A stretch of DNA of 33,990 nucleotides from an uncultured Eubacteriales bacterium (GTDB lineage: Bacteria > Bacillota > Clostridia > Lachnospirales > CAZQDT01). The stretch is taken from positions 1 to 33,990 of the forward strand of contig CAZWZB010000033.1 in NCBI GenBank assembly GCA_964638835.1, written 5' to 3'. Under the pieces are notes generated by a model. The model was not told where the DNA came from, searched no databases, and worked only from the letters and a program-made list of their open reading frames with translations. Made by a program: the position numbers and the translations under genes. Position 1 is the stretch's first letter; each line of letters opens with the position of its first letter. Shown here piece by piece: positions 20,960 to 29,669 of this stretch.

Positions 20960-21691
20960 GTGAATTTATCTATTTTTGATTGGATTTATCCTCCACGCTG
21001 TATATTTTGTCACAACATAATACCAATAAATAAATATGCTCAACTTGATATATGTGAACATTGTATTAAAACTTTACCTTTTATAAAAGAACCAACTTGT
21101 AATAAGTGTGGTAAAAGCTTAAATAATGACAAAGAATTTTGTAATGATTGTTATAGTAAAGAACATTTATACAAAAAAGGATTTATAACTTTGGAATATA
21201 TTGGTATGACAATAGAAGCTATATATAGATTTAAATATATGAATTGTCCTCATTATTCTAAAACATTTGCATATATTATGTATGAAGATATGAAAAATAA
21301 AAATATGTTGAACTATAATTTCGATTTAATAATACCGATACCACTACATATAAATAAATTAAAAAAAAGAGGATACAATCAAGCAGAACTGCTTGCAAAA
21401 GAATTATCTTATAAACTTAAAATTCCATATGAACCAATAATAAAAAGAATTAAAGATACAAAACCTCAAAATAGTTTATCACCAAAAGAACGATATAATA
21501 ATCTAAAATCAGCATTTGAAATAATAGATATTGATAAAATAAAAGATAAAAAAGTATTACTTATAGATGATATCTATACAACAGGAGCAACAATGGATGC
21601 TTGTGTTCAAGTACTTATAGATAATAATATAAACGCTGATATGTATTATTATACATTATCAGGTACTATAGGTGCTATAAATATAACATAA
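20960..21691 (+). CDS. comFC: ComF family protein (ComFC-like phosphoribosyltransferase-domain competence protein)
   Basis: 243 aa; N-terminal double CxxC zinc finger (CIFC...CEHC, CNKCG...CNDC); C-terminal PRTase motif VLLIDDIYTTGATM; GTG start with SD agaggtg. Confidence 0.8.
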   Translation: MNLSIFDWIYPPRCIFCHNIIPINKYAQLDICEHCIKTLPFIKEPTCNKCGKSLNNDKEFCNDCYSKEHLYKKGFITLEYIGMTIEAIYRFKYMNCPHYSKTFAYIMYEDMKNKNMLNYNFDLIIPIPLHINKLKKRGYNQAELLAKELSYKLKIPYEPIIKRIKDTKPQNSLSPKERYNNLKSAFEIIDIDKIKDKKVLLIDDIYTTGATMDACVQVLIDNNINADMYYYTLSGTIGAINIT

Positions 21692-21718
21692 AGAAATTTA
21701 TTTTAAGGAGGTTTGCAA

Positions 21719-22126
21719 ATGAATGTAAGAAATTGTGCAAAGTGTGGGAAAATATTTCAATATGTAGCAGGGCCACCAATATGTCCAAGGTGTAGAGAAA
21801 AAGAAGAACAAGATTTTCAAATAGTAAAAGAATATATAATAGAAAATCCAAAATCTAATATGATAGATGTTTCCAATGAAACAGGTATATCTGCTAGATT
21901 AATAGAGAAATTTATAAAAGATGGCAGATTAATGTTATCTGAAGATTCACCTATTTTTTTAAAATGTGAAAAATGTGGTGCTGAAATAAAAACAGGTCGT
22001 TTTTGTTCAGGTTGTTCAAGAAATTTAAGTCAAGCAATGCGTTCAAGCATAGAAAATAATCAAGTAAAAAAAGAACAGCCATCACCAAATAAAAACAAAA
22101 TGCATTTTCTTAATAAAGAAAGGTAA
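21719..22126 (+). CDS. yvyF: Flagellar operon protein YvyF-type (TIGR03826-like zinc-ribbon protein)
   Basis: N-terminal CAKCG...CPRC and C-terminal CEKCG...CSGC ribbons. Lies between comFC and flgM exactly as yvyF does in B. subtilis. ATG at 21719 is 7 nt after SD aaggagg; the ORF-track TTG at 21713 is rejected. Confidence 0.75.
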   Translation: MNVRNCAKCGKIFQYVAGPPICPRCREKEEQDFQIVKEYIIENPKSNMIDVSNETGISARLIEKFIKDGRLMLSEDSPIFLKCEKCGAEIKTGRFCSGCSRNLSQAMRSSIENNQVKKEQPSPNKNKMHFLNKER

Positions 22127-22134
22127 TACTAAAA

Positions 22135-22170
22135 AAGAGACTTAAAATAAAAGTCTCTTTATTTTTTAAT
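22135..22170 (+). terminator. Rho-independent terminator after yvyF
   Basis: aagagactt-aaaataa-aagtctctt followed by tattttttaat. Confidence 0.65.
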
Positions 22171-22187
22171 AAACATCAAAAATATAC

Positions 22188-22215
22188 TAAAATAAATTTA
22201 TAATAGTGCCGATAA
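22188..22215 (+). promoter_or_regulatory. Sigma-D (sigma-28/FliA) type promoter for flgM-flgN-flgK-flgL
   Basis: TAAA - 16 nt - GCCGATAA, matching the sigma-D consensus TAAA-N15-GCCGATAT; about 35 nt upstream of the flgM start. Confidence 0.6.
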
Positions 22216-22251
22216 ATTATATAAGAATGGCAAAACTATAATAGGAAGTGG

Positions 22252-22539
22252 GTGTACTACATGAGAATAACAGGTATTAGTAATATTATAAATACTTATA
22301 ATGTTCAAAAAACAGCAGCAGTTGAAGCAAAAAAATCTATAAAAAATAAAGATGAAATTAATATTTCAGAAACAGCTAAAGAATATCAAATTGCACGAAA
22401 AGCAGTTATGCAATCTTCTGATATACGTGAAGATAAAATAAATGAGATAAAAAATAGAATACAAGCTGGTACTTATAAAGTAGATGCTAAAGAAATATCT
22501 GATAAAATAGTAAATACTATATTTAATCCAGAAATTTAG
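22252..22539 (+). CDS. flgM: Anti-sigma-28 factor FlgM
   Basis: 95 aa; C-terminal ...IKNRIQAGTYKVDAKEISDKIVN matches the FlgM sigma-28-binding helix region (B. subtilis ...IENGSYKVDANHIASNMIN). Confidence 0.8.
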   Translation: MYYMRITGISNIINTYNVQKTAAVEAKKSIKNKDEINISETAKEYQIARKAVMQSSDIREDKINEIKNRIQAGTYKVDAKEISDKIVNTIFNPEI

Positions 22540-22550
22540 GAGGGGTTTTT

Positions 22551-23066
22551 TTGGCAGGAATGACACATCAACTTATGGAAATATTAGAAGCCGAAATTGA
22601 TAATTATAATAAGCTTTTAGAATTTTCTATTCAAAAAACTCCAATCATTATAAAAGGAGATGTTAAAGAATTAAGAGAAATAACAAAAAAAGAAAATCAA
22701 ATTATATTTGAAAATCAAAAACTTGAAAAAGAAAGAATTACACTTATGTCAGATATAGCAATGGTTCTTAATAAAGATGAAAAAACCCTTACTTTAAGTG
22801 AACTTATAAATATATTGAGTAATCAGAATAATCAAAATGAAGAATGTAAAAATCTTAAAGATATAAGAGATAGATTAAAAGAAGTTTTAAATACTCTAAA
22901 AAATAATAATGATAAAAATGGAGTACTTTTAAATGAAGCCTTAAATTATGTAGATTTTAATATAAATGTAGTTCAAAGTGCAAAAGCTCTTCCTCCGCTT
23001 TTATACCAATATGGTGGTGTAGAAAAACAATCGGAAGGAAGAAATTTTTTTGATAGGAAATCTTAA
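22551..23066 (+). CDS. flgN: Flagellar export chaperone FlgN-like protein
   Basis: 171 aa helical protein in the yvyG/flgN position between flgM and flgK; TTG start 5-6 nt after SD ttaggaggg, which overlaps the flgM stop. Confidence 0.6.
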   Translation: MAGMTHQLMEILEAEIDNYNKLLEFSIQKTPIIIKGDVKELREITKKENQIIFENQKLEKERITLMSDIAMVLNKDEKTLTLSELINILSNQNNQNEECKNLKDIRDRLKEVLNTLKNNNDKNGVLLNEALNYVDFNINVVQSAKALPPLLYQYGGVEKQSEGRNFFDRKS

Positions 23067-23096
23067 AAACTTTAAATAAATGATAGGAGGGATTTT

Positions 23097-24665
23097 ATGA
23101 GTTTAATGTCAAATCTCTATAAAATGGGTTCAGGATTAAAAGTTGCTCAAAGAGCTTTATATACAACATCTCACAATATGGCAAATTCTGAAACACAAGG
23201 ATACTCTCGTCAACGTATAACACAAAGTGATAGTTCTTATAGAACTGTAGGAGCTAATGGAAATACACTTCAAAGAGTTGGTATGGGTGTAGATATAAAT
23301 GAAACCCAACAAATTAGAGATAAACTTTTAGATAGAACATATAGACAAAGTTCAAGTAAAATACAATATTATGTAGCAAAAGAAAATACAATCTCTGAAA
23401 TAGAAACTATATTAGGAGAAATAAGTGGTGAAACTTTAGGGTATCAAATGGATAATTTGTGGAAGTCCTTAAATACATTATCCACTCACCCTGAAGGTAT
23501 AGAAACAAGAACTTCTTTTTTACAAACCGCTGTTAAATTTATAGATAAATCTAATGAAATATATAATAAAATAGTTAAACATCAATATGAATTAAATGAC
23601 CAAATAAAGTCAACTGTAAAAGAAATTAATGAAACAGCTGAAGAAATTGCTAGATATAATGAACTTATAGCAAAATATGAAGCCTGTGGGGATAATGCAA
23701 ACGATTATAGAGACCAAAGAAATCTTTTAATTGATAAATTAAGCACATATGGTGATATAAATGTAAAAGAAGACCAATCTGGTCAAGTAAGTATAAACTT
23801 TGAAGGTTGTTCTATTGTACACCAAAGAGATGTTCAGCGTTTAGGACTTCAATATGAAAATGGTGATGGGTTATCATTTGTAAAACCTGTATGGACTAAT
23901 AAAACTAGTATATTAGCACATAACGAAGATGTAACTCCTTTGTATAACAAATCAAACCTTCAAAATATAAGTGCTGAAGCAAAAACAGATAGAGGATTTT
24001 TAAAAGGTTTACTTGTATCAAGAGGAGATGTTATTGGGGATAGAAATACACCAGATAGCGATATAAAAGGTTCTTTAATACCAACAATTCAAAAAGAATT
24101 AGATATATTAGTAAATAGTATAACTGGTATGTTTAATAGTATAGTAACAGGCAATACATCTACAGGAGCTCCTCCATATGATTTATATGGTAATAACGCC
24201 AATAATTTACCAATATTTACTACAATAGATGGTACTAATAATTTTGTTGCTGGAAATATAAAGGTAAATCAAGAATTATTACTCAATCCAAGTAAATTAG
24301 CATTATCAGTTAATATCGGAGAGCCAGGGGACAACACATTAATAGAGGAAGCTTTAAAAAGATGGAAAGATGATAATGGACAATTTTCTCCTCAATCTCC
24401 TGCAGTAGGACATAAACAAAATTTTGATACTTATTATGCTCAATTTATAGCTCGTATTGGTGATTCTGGAAGTGTTGCAACTAACATGATAAATAATGAA
24501 ACAATGGTATTAAATAAAATAGAAAATACTAAACAAAGTATTTCAGGTGTTTCATTAGATGAAGAAATGGCAAATATGATAATGTATCAACATGCTTATA
24601 ATGCATCAGCTAAAGTATATAATGTAATAGATTCTATGTTGGATACAATAATAAATAGAATGTAA
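23097..24665 (+). CDS. Flagellar hook-associated protein 1 paralog (FlgK-like), copy 1
   Basis: 522 aa; N-terminal rod/hook family motif ...GLKVAQRALYTTSHNMANSETQGYSRQ; C-terminal conserved VSLDEEMANMIMYQHAYNASAKV; SD aggaggg. Confidence 0.8.
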   Translation: MSLMSNLYKMGSGLKVAQRALYTTSHNMANSETQGYSRQRITQSDSSYRTVGANGNTLQRVGMGVDINETQQIRDKLLDRTYRQSSSKIQYYVAKENTISEIETILGEISGETLGYQMDNLWKSLNTLSTHPEGIETRTSFLQTAVKFIDKSNEIYNKIVKHQYELNDQIKSTVKEINETAEEIARYNELIAKYEACGDNANDYRDQRNLLIDKLSTYGDINVKEDQSGQVSINFEGCSIVHQRDVQRLGLQYENGDGLSFVKPVWTNKTSILAHNEDVTPLYNKSNLQNISAEAKTDRGFLKGLLVSRGDVIGDRNTPDSDIKGSLIPTIQKELDILVNSITGMFNSIVTGNTSTGAPPYDLYGNNANNLPIFTTIDGTNNFVAGNIKVNQELLLNPSKLALSVNIGEPGDNTLIEEALKRWKDDNGQFSPQSPAVGHKQNFDTYYAQFIARIGDSGSVATNMINNETMVLNKIENTKQSISGVSLDEEMANMIMYQHAYNASAKVYNVIDSMLDTIINRM

Positions 24666-24679
24666 AAGGAAGTGACTAT

Positions 24680-26371
24680 ATGGTATCAACATTTTTCGGA
24701 CTTAATACAGCATTGCAAGGATTATATGGTGCTAGAATTGGTTTAGATGTAACAAATCATAACATTAGTAATGCTGAAACGAGAGGCTATTCACGACAAG
24801 TTGTAGCACAAAGAGCAAGTGGACCTATCGCCTTAAATAATGGCAAAGGTATGATTGGTTCAGGAGTAGAAGTATATGCAGTAAATCAAATTAGGAACTC
24901 TTACATAGACAGAAGATATTGGAACTCTAGTTCTATTTTAGGTGAATATTCAGTAAAATCACAAACATTATCTCAAATTGAAGCTGTTTTTGATGCAACT
25001 TCTGATACAAGTTTTAATAAAGTAATGGAAAAGTACTTTAATTCAATACAAGATTTATCAACAAATCCATCAGACCTTGCATACCGTGAAGTTTTAAAAC
25101 AAAATTCTTTAAGCTTTACACAATATTTTAATGAAGTATCTACAAAATTAACAAATTATCAAAAAGATTTAAATTTCAATATAGAGTCTACAGTAAAACA
25201 AATAAATTCTTATGCAAGTCAGATACAAAGTTTAAATCAACAAATATATAATTCAGAGATAGATGGAAATGTTGCTAATGACCTTCGTGACCGTAGAGCT
25301 GTACTTGTAGATGATTTATCAAAATTAGTAAATGTAGAAGTAAAAGAAACTGATAGAAAAGAATTTAGAGTAGAATTAAATGGACAACTTTTAGTAGACC
25401 ATTTAGATGTGAAACCTTTAGAAGTAAGAGAAAGAGATATTTCTCAAATTCAAACAGAAGCTAACTTTCGTTCAAATAAAGAAATTAGCGGTAATTATGG
25501 TATAACTAATACTTCTACTGCAGCTGATGTAACAGCAGCATTTCAACAATATCAAGCAGATTGTAAAAAGTATAATCAAACTAATACGGGTCCATTATAT
25601 GATATATATTGGAAGGATATGGACGTCAAACTTGATGTTACAGACCCAGCTTTAAGAGGACAATTAAAAGGATATATAACCTTAAGAGATGGAAATAACG
25701 GTGCAGGTGGAAAAACTGGAATAGATGATTCTGTTAATTTTAAAGGAATACCTCATTATTTAGAACAAATAAATCATTTTGCTAGAACATTTGCTAAGCT
25801 TATGAATGAAGGAATTTCTTATAATGGAACTCAACTTACCCAAAACGGTGGATTTGCAAATGGCTTTAATCTAAATGGTGGAACAGGGGTAGGACTTTTC
25901 TCATATAAAGATGTAAATGGAAATGCATTTTCAGGACAGATACCAGGTCTTGACTATAGTGATATAACAGCTTCAAATTTTAATGTATCATCAGAAATTC
26001 TTTCAGATGTTAAAAATTTAGCTACAACATTTGACCCAAATGCAGATAAATCAAATAATAATTTATTATTACAAATAGTAGGCTTGAAACATAATAATAA
26101 TGCATTTAGTCAAGGTGAAATTGGTGACTTTATGACTTCTGTTATAGCAGAATTAGCTATAGATACAAGCCAAGCTGAAGATTTTGAAAAAAATCAAGAA
26201 AACATAACAATGTCAATAGAGAATCAAAGATTATCTGTATCAGGAGTAAGTTTAAATGAAGAAATGGCTAATATGGTAAAATATCAACAAATATATATGG
26301 CTGCTGCAAAAATGATAACAACAATGGATGAAATATATAATACTACAATAAATAAACTAGGAGCTACCTAA
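24680..26371 (+). CDS. flgK: Flagellar hook-associated protein 1 FlgK, copy 2 (more canonical)
   Basis: 563 aa; N-terminus MVSTFFGLNTALQGLYGARIGLDVTNHNISNAETRGYSRQ; C-terminus VSLNEEMANMVKYQQIYMAAAKM; SD aaggaag. Confidence 0.85.
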   Translation: MVSTFFGLNTALQGLYGARIGLDVTNHNISNAETRGYSRQVVAQRASGPIALNNGKGMIGSGVEVYAVNQIRNSYIDRRYWNSSSILGEYSVKSQTLSQIEAVFDATSDTSFNKVMEKYFNSIQDLSTNPSDLAYREVLKQNSLSFTQYFNEVSTKLTNYQKDLNFNIESTVKQINSYASQIQSLNQQIYNSEIDGNVANDLRDRRAVLVDDLSKLVNVEVKETDRKEFRVELNGQLLVDHLDVKPLEVRERDISQIQTEANFRSNKEISGNYGITNTSTAADVTAAFQQYQADCKKYNQTNTGPLYDIYWKDMDVKLDVTDPALRGQLKGYITLRDGNNGAGGKTGIDDSVNFKGIPHYLEQINHFARTFAKLMNEGISYNGTQLTQNGGFANGFNLNGGTGVGLFSYKDVNGNAFSGQIPGLDYSDITASNFNVSSEILSDVKNLATTFDPNADKSNNNLLLQIVGLKHNNNAFSQGEIGDFMTSVIAELAIDTSQAEDFEKNQENITMSIENQRLSVSGVSLNEEMANMVKYQQIYMAAAKMITTMDEIYNTTINKLGAT

Positions 26372-26408
26372 AATTTAAAATAGATAATTAGAAAGGGTGT
26401 ATAAATAA

Positions 26409-27821
26409 ATGCGTATAACTAATAGAATGACAACTAATAACCTTTTATTAAATTTAAATAGGAATTCAGAACGTTTAAGTAAATATCAATTACAAATAGC
26501 AACAGGACAAAAAATACAAAAAGCATCTGAAGACCCTATTGTAGCAGCTCTAGCTTTAAAATTTCGTACTAATGTTTCAGAAACTGTACAATATTCAGAT
26601 AATGTAAAGCAAGCTACATCTTGGATGGATACCACAAGTCAATCAATGATAAATTCAAATAAAATACTTGAACGTATTAAAGAATTATCTATACAAGGTG
26701 CATCTGAATCAAATACTCTTGATGATAGACATTCAATAATGAAAGAAATAGAACAACTTACAAAACAACTTACAAGTGAAGCTAATGTTACTTATGCTGG
26801 AAGATATGTATTTGGTGGATTTAAAACAGATCAAGAGGTTATATTTAATAAAGATGTAAATGAAGTATATAATATTAGACAAAGTTTTGATATTAATTCT
26901 ATAGAAAGTATAAAAGCATCTATGTTTGGTCAGGAAGAACAAATAGAATCTATTGATGTAGAACGTATAAAATTACCTTACACTGATATAGATTTAAATA
27001 ATTTTAATTTTCAATATACGGTAACAGGTGTTGCTCCGACTAGGTCTAATGGTGTATCAACAGACCCTAATGCTTATGTCATAGGTGATGATGAGATTAA
27101 ACTTTTAACTGACACAGGAGAAATAATATTTGGTAAAAATGTAGCTGAAGATTTAAAAAAATCACCTACTATAAATGTAATATATGAAAAAACAAGCTTT
27201 AAAAGTGGAGATTTAAATCCACAACAATACTTTAATTGCACAAATCGTACTACTGGCAGAACATATGTTAAACAACCAAATGATATTCAATATGAATTTG
27301 GGTCAAATAACAAAATAAAGATAAATCTTGAGGGTTCAGATGTATATACATCTCAGCTTATAGCAGATTTAAATGATATTGTAAATACGGCAGGTAGTTT
27401 AACATATAGAACAGAATTAGAAATAAAAGAAGATTTAAAGGTAACTTTAGGAGCTGAATATAATAATCTTACTGAAAAGGAAATAGCGGATAAAGTAGCT
27501 AAAGTTCAAGAATCAGAAGAAAAAACCTTCAGAGCAATAATGACAACAAGATTTAGCAAACTTTTAACTAAAGTAGATAGTCACAAAGAACATCTTAATA
27601 ATATGAATTCTGAATTAGGTAGTCGTGTAAATCGTTTAGAATTAATAGAGGGAAGATTAGGTGATGATTATGTAAATTATAGTGAGCTTATGACAAAAAA
27701 TGAAGGTGTAGATTTTGAAGAAGCTTTTATAAATTATATGAATCAAAAAACAATTTATGATTCAGCACTATCAGTTGGTTCTAAAATAATGCAACAAACT
27801 TTAGTAGATTATATAAGATAA
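26409..27821 (+). CDS. flgL: Flagellar hook-associated protein 3 FlgL
   Basis: 470 aa; flagellin-like N-terminus MRITNRMTTNNLLLNLNRNSERLSKYQLQIATGQKIQKASEDP and C-terminal flagellin-C-like helix. Confidence 0.85.
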   Translation: MRITNRMTTNNLLLNLNRNSERLSKYQLQIATGQKIQKASEDPIVAALALKFRTNVSETVQYSDNVKQATSWMDTTSQSMINSNKILERIKELSIQGASESNTLDDRHSIMKEIEQLTKQLTSEANVTYAGRYVFGGFKTDQEVIFNKDVNEVYNIRQSFDINSIESIKASMFGQEEQIESIDVERIKLPYTDIDLNNFNFQYTVTGVAPTRSNGVSTDPNAYVIGDDEIKLLTDTGEIIFGKNVAEDLKKSPTINVIYEKTSFKSGDLNPQQYFNCTNRTTGRTYVKQPNDIQYEFGSNNKIKINLEGSDVYTSQLIADLNDIVNTAGSLTYRTELEIKEDLKVTLGAEYNNLTEKEIADKVAKVQESEEKTFRAIMTTRFSKLLTKVDSHKEHLNNMNSELGSRVNRLELIEGRLGDDYVNYSELMTKNEGVDFEEAFINYMNQKTIYDSALSVGSKIMQQTLVDYIR

Positions 27822-27892
27822 ATTTTAAACTGTATATATAAAGCTGAAGAAAATTATTCTTTAAGTTTTATTTAAATAAAACAGTATAAACT

Positions 27893-27930
27893 AAAAAGGG
27901 CGAAATATATTATTCGTCCTTTTAATTTTA
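27893..27930 (+). terminator. Rho-independent terminator after flgL
   Basis: gggcgaa-atatattat-ttcgtcc (one G-U) followed by ttttaatttta. Confidence 0.55.
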
Positions 27931-27995
27931 TAGTTACTAAATTTTAAAAATTTGATAACTATAAGTATAAAAATATTAATTAAGGAGAAATATTT

Positions 27996-28457
27996 ATGTT
28001 ATTAAATACAAAGATTTTTGGAGAACGAGAAATTGATGAAACTAAAATATTGTTTTTTAATGAAGGTTTACCTGGATTTAAAAAATATAAACAATTTGTA
28101 TTATTTACGGATAATGAAAAAGAAATAAATACTATTTGGTGGCTTCAATCTGTAGAACTTGAAGATTTAGCTTTTCCTGTACTTAATACATTTGCTGTAC
28201 TTGAAAGTTATAGACCAGAAGTAGATGATAGCTTATTAGAAACGTTAGGAAAGTTTGAATTAGAAGATTTAGTAATATGTAATGTACTTGTAGTACCTGA
28301 AGATATAACTCAAATGACTGTGAATTTAAAAGCACCTATAATAATTAATGCTAAAACAAGAAAAGGTATGCAAATAATAGTTAATAATAGTGATTATGAA
28401 ATACGTCATAATATATATGAAGATATAAAAAAATACAATAAAAAGGTTGGTGAATAG
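27996..28457 (+). CDS. fliW: Flagellar assembly factor FliW
   Basis: 153 aa; N-terminus ...[29 protein letters not shown] characteristic of FliW; SD taaggag. Confidence 0.85.
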   Translation: MLLNTKIFGEREIDETKILFFNEGLPGFKKYKQFVLFTDNEKEINTIWWLQSVELEDLAFPVLNTFAVLESYRPEVDDSLLETLGKFELEDLVICNVLVVPEDITQMTVNLKAPIIINAKTRKGMQIIVNNSDYEIRHNIYEDIKKYNKKVGE

Positions 28458-28459
28458 TA

Positions 28460-28690
28460 ATGTTAGCACTAACTAGAAAAAAAGGGGATTCAATTATAAT
28501 AGGAGATAATATTGAATTAGTAGTATTGGATATACAAGGTGATCAAGTCCGTTTAGGAATAGAAGCCCCAAGAAATATAACAGTACATCGTAAAGAAATT
28601 TATGAACAGATACAACAAGAAAATACAAATGCTGCAAATACTGCAAACTTAGCTTTTATAAAATTAGATGACTTTTTAAAATTAAAATAA
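28460..28690 (+). CDS. csrA: Carbon storage regulator CsrA
   Basis: 76 aa; [51 protein letters not shown] is canonical CsrA; the start overlaps the fliW stop region. Confidence 0.9.
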   Translation: MLALTRKKGDSIIIGDNIELVVLDIQGDQVRLGIEAPRNITVHRKEIYEQIQQENTNAANTANLAFIKLDDFLKLK

Positions 28691-28695
28691 TTCAA

Positions 28696-28726
28696 GGAAG
28701 TAACTATTATAGTTACTTCTTTTTTG
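28696..28726 (+). terminator. Rho-independent terminator after csrA
   Basis: ggaagtaact-attat-agttacttct followed by tttttg. Confidence 0.7.
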
Positions 28727-28905
28727 TATAAATCAAAACTAACTACCATAATAAATATAGATAGTTATTAATTTTAATATCTATAAATAAAACTAAACCA
28801 TTGAAAAAATAAAAACTAAATTAATCTATTTTAAGTGAATTCTTAATTATAAATTTATTAATTGATTTATAGTTTAAGCAATTTTGTGATTACATTAACT
28901 CATAA

Positions 28906-29571
28906 CTATTGATAAGTTTCTGTTCTTAATTTTTCAAATATACGTGTAACTCCTATCCACCAATTTTCATCTTCTGCATAACCTCCTCTTCCTCCTCTTA
29001 AGTTAATCCATTTTATTGGGTCTTCATTATAAGGTCTATTTTTACTTAAATTTATTAATGTTCTTGCTGTTATTTCGCAAGAATCCCTTATATCAGTATT
29101 ATATTTTTTCCAACTGCCAAATACATTAAATGGGTTATTAGCTATTTGTAATGCTGATTTATTATCTTTAGAAACAAATCCTTGTTCTTGACCAGATATT
29201 GCGAATATTAATAGAGGATTAATATCCATTTCTTTTGCAACAGATATTATAGTAGAAAAATAAGGTTCATCAGCTAATATAGAATTTCTACTTTCTAAAA
29301 TATTTTTAAGAGCAGATTCATTAATATTAATATATCTTAATTGTTTTGGTAAATATTTTTCTTCAATTGAGTTTAAAAATAACATTTCATTTGAAGGATG
29401 TTTATCAACAACAATATCATAATCTTTATTTGAATTATCGAGTTTAATATCTTTATTTTCATTATATAACTTTATTGTATAAACTGAAAAAAATATTAAA
29501 ATAACAATAGTTATAATTAAAAATATAATAATATTGTTTTTAAAGAAAACTTTTATCTTTTGTATTTCCAT
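28906..29571 (-). CDS. Membrane-anchored glucosaminidase-domain protein (FlgJ/AcmA-type peptidoglycan hydrolase family)
   Basis: Single N-terminal TM; C-terminal ...LLIFAISGQEQGFVS...NNPFNVFG resembles the glucosaminidase (PF01832) core (A.ESGWG...NN.FGI). Start placed at the ATG at 29571, which has SD aagaggtg; the ORF-track start at 29604 has none. Confidence 0.55.
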   Translation of the reverse strand: MEIQKIKVFFKNNIIIFLIITIVILIFFSVYTIKLYNENKDIKLDNSNKDYDIVVDKHPSNEMLFLNSIEEKYLPKQLRYININESALKNILESRNSILADEPYFSTIISVAKEMDINPLLIFAISGQEQGFVSKDNKSALQIANNPFNVFGSWKKYNTDIRDSCEITARTLINLSKNRPYNEDPIKWINLRGGRGGYAEDENWWIGVTRIFEKLRTETYQ

Positions 29572-29669
29572 ATAACACCTCTTAAATCTAATTTGAATTA
29601 CCATTTAAAATTATACCACAAAATTTTATAATATATAAATATTTATTTTAAAATTATTTCTGTTTAATA

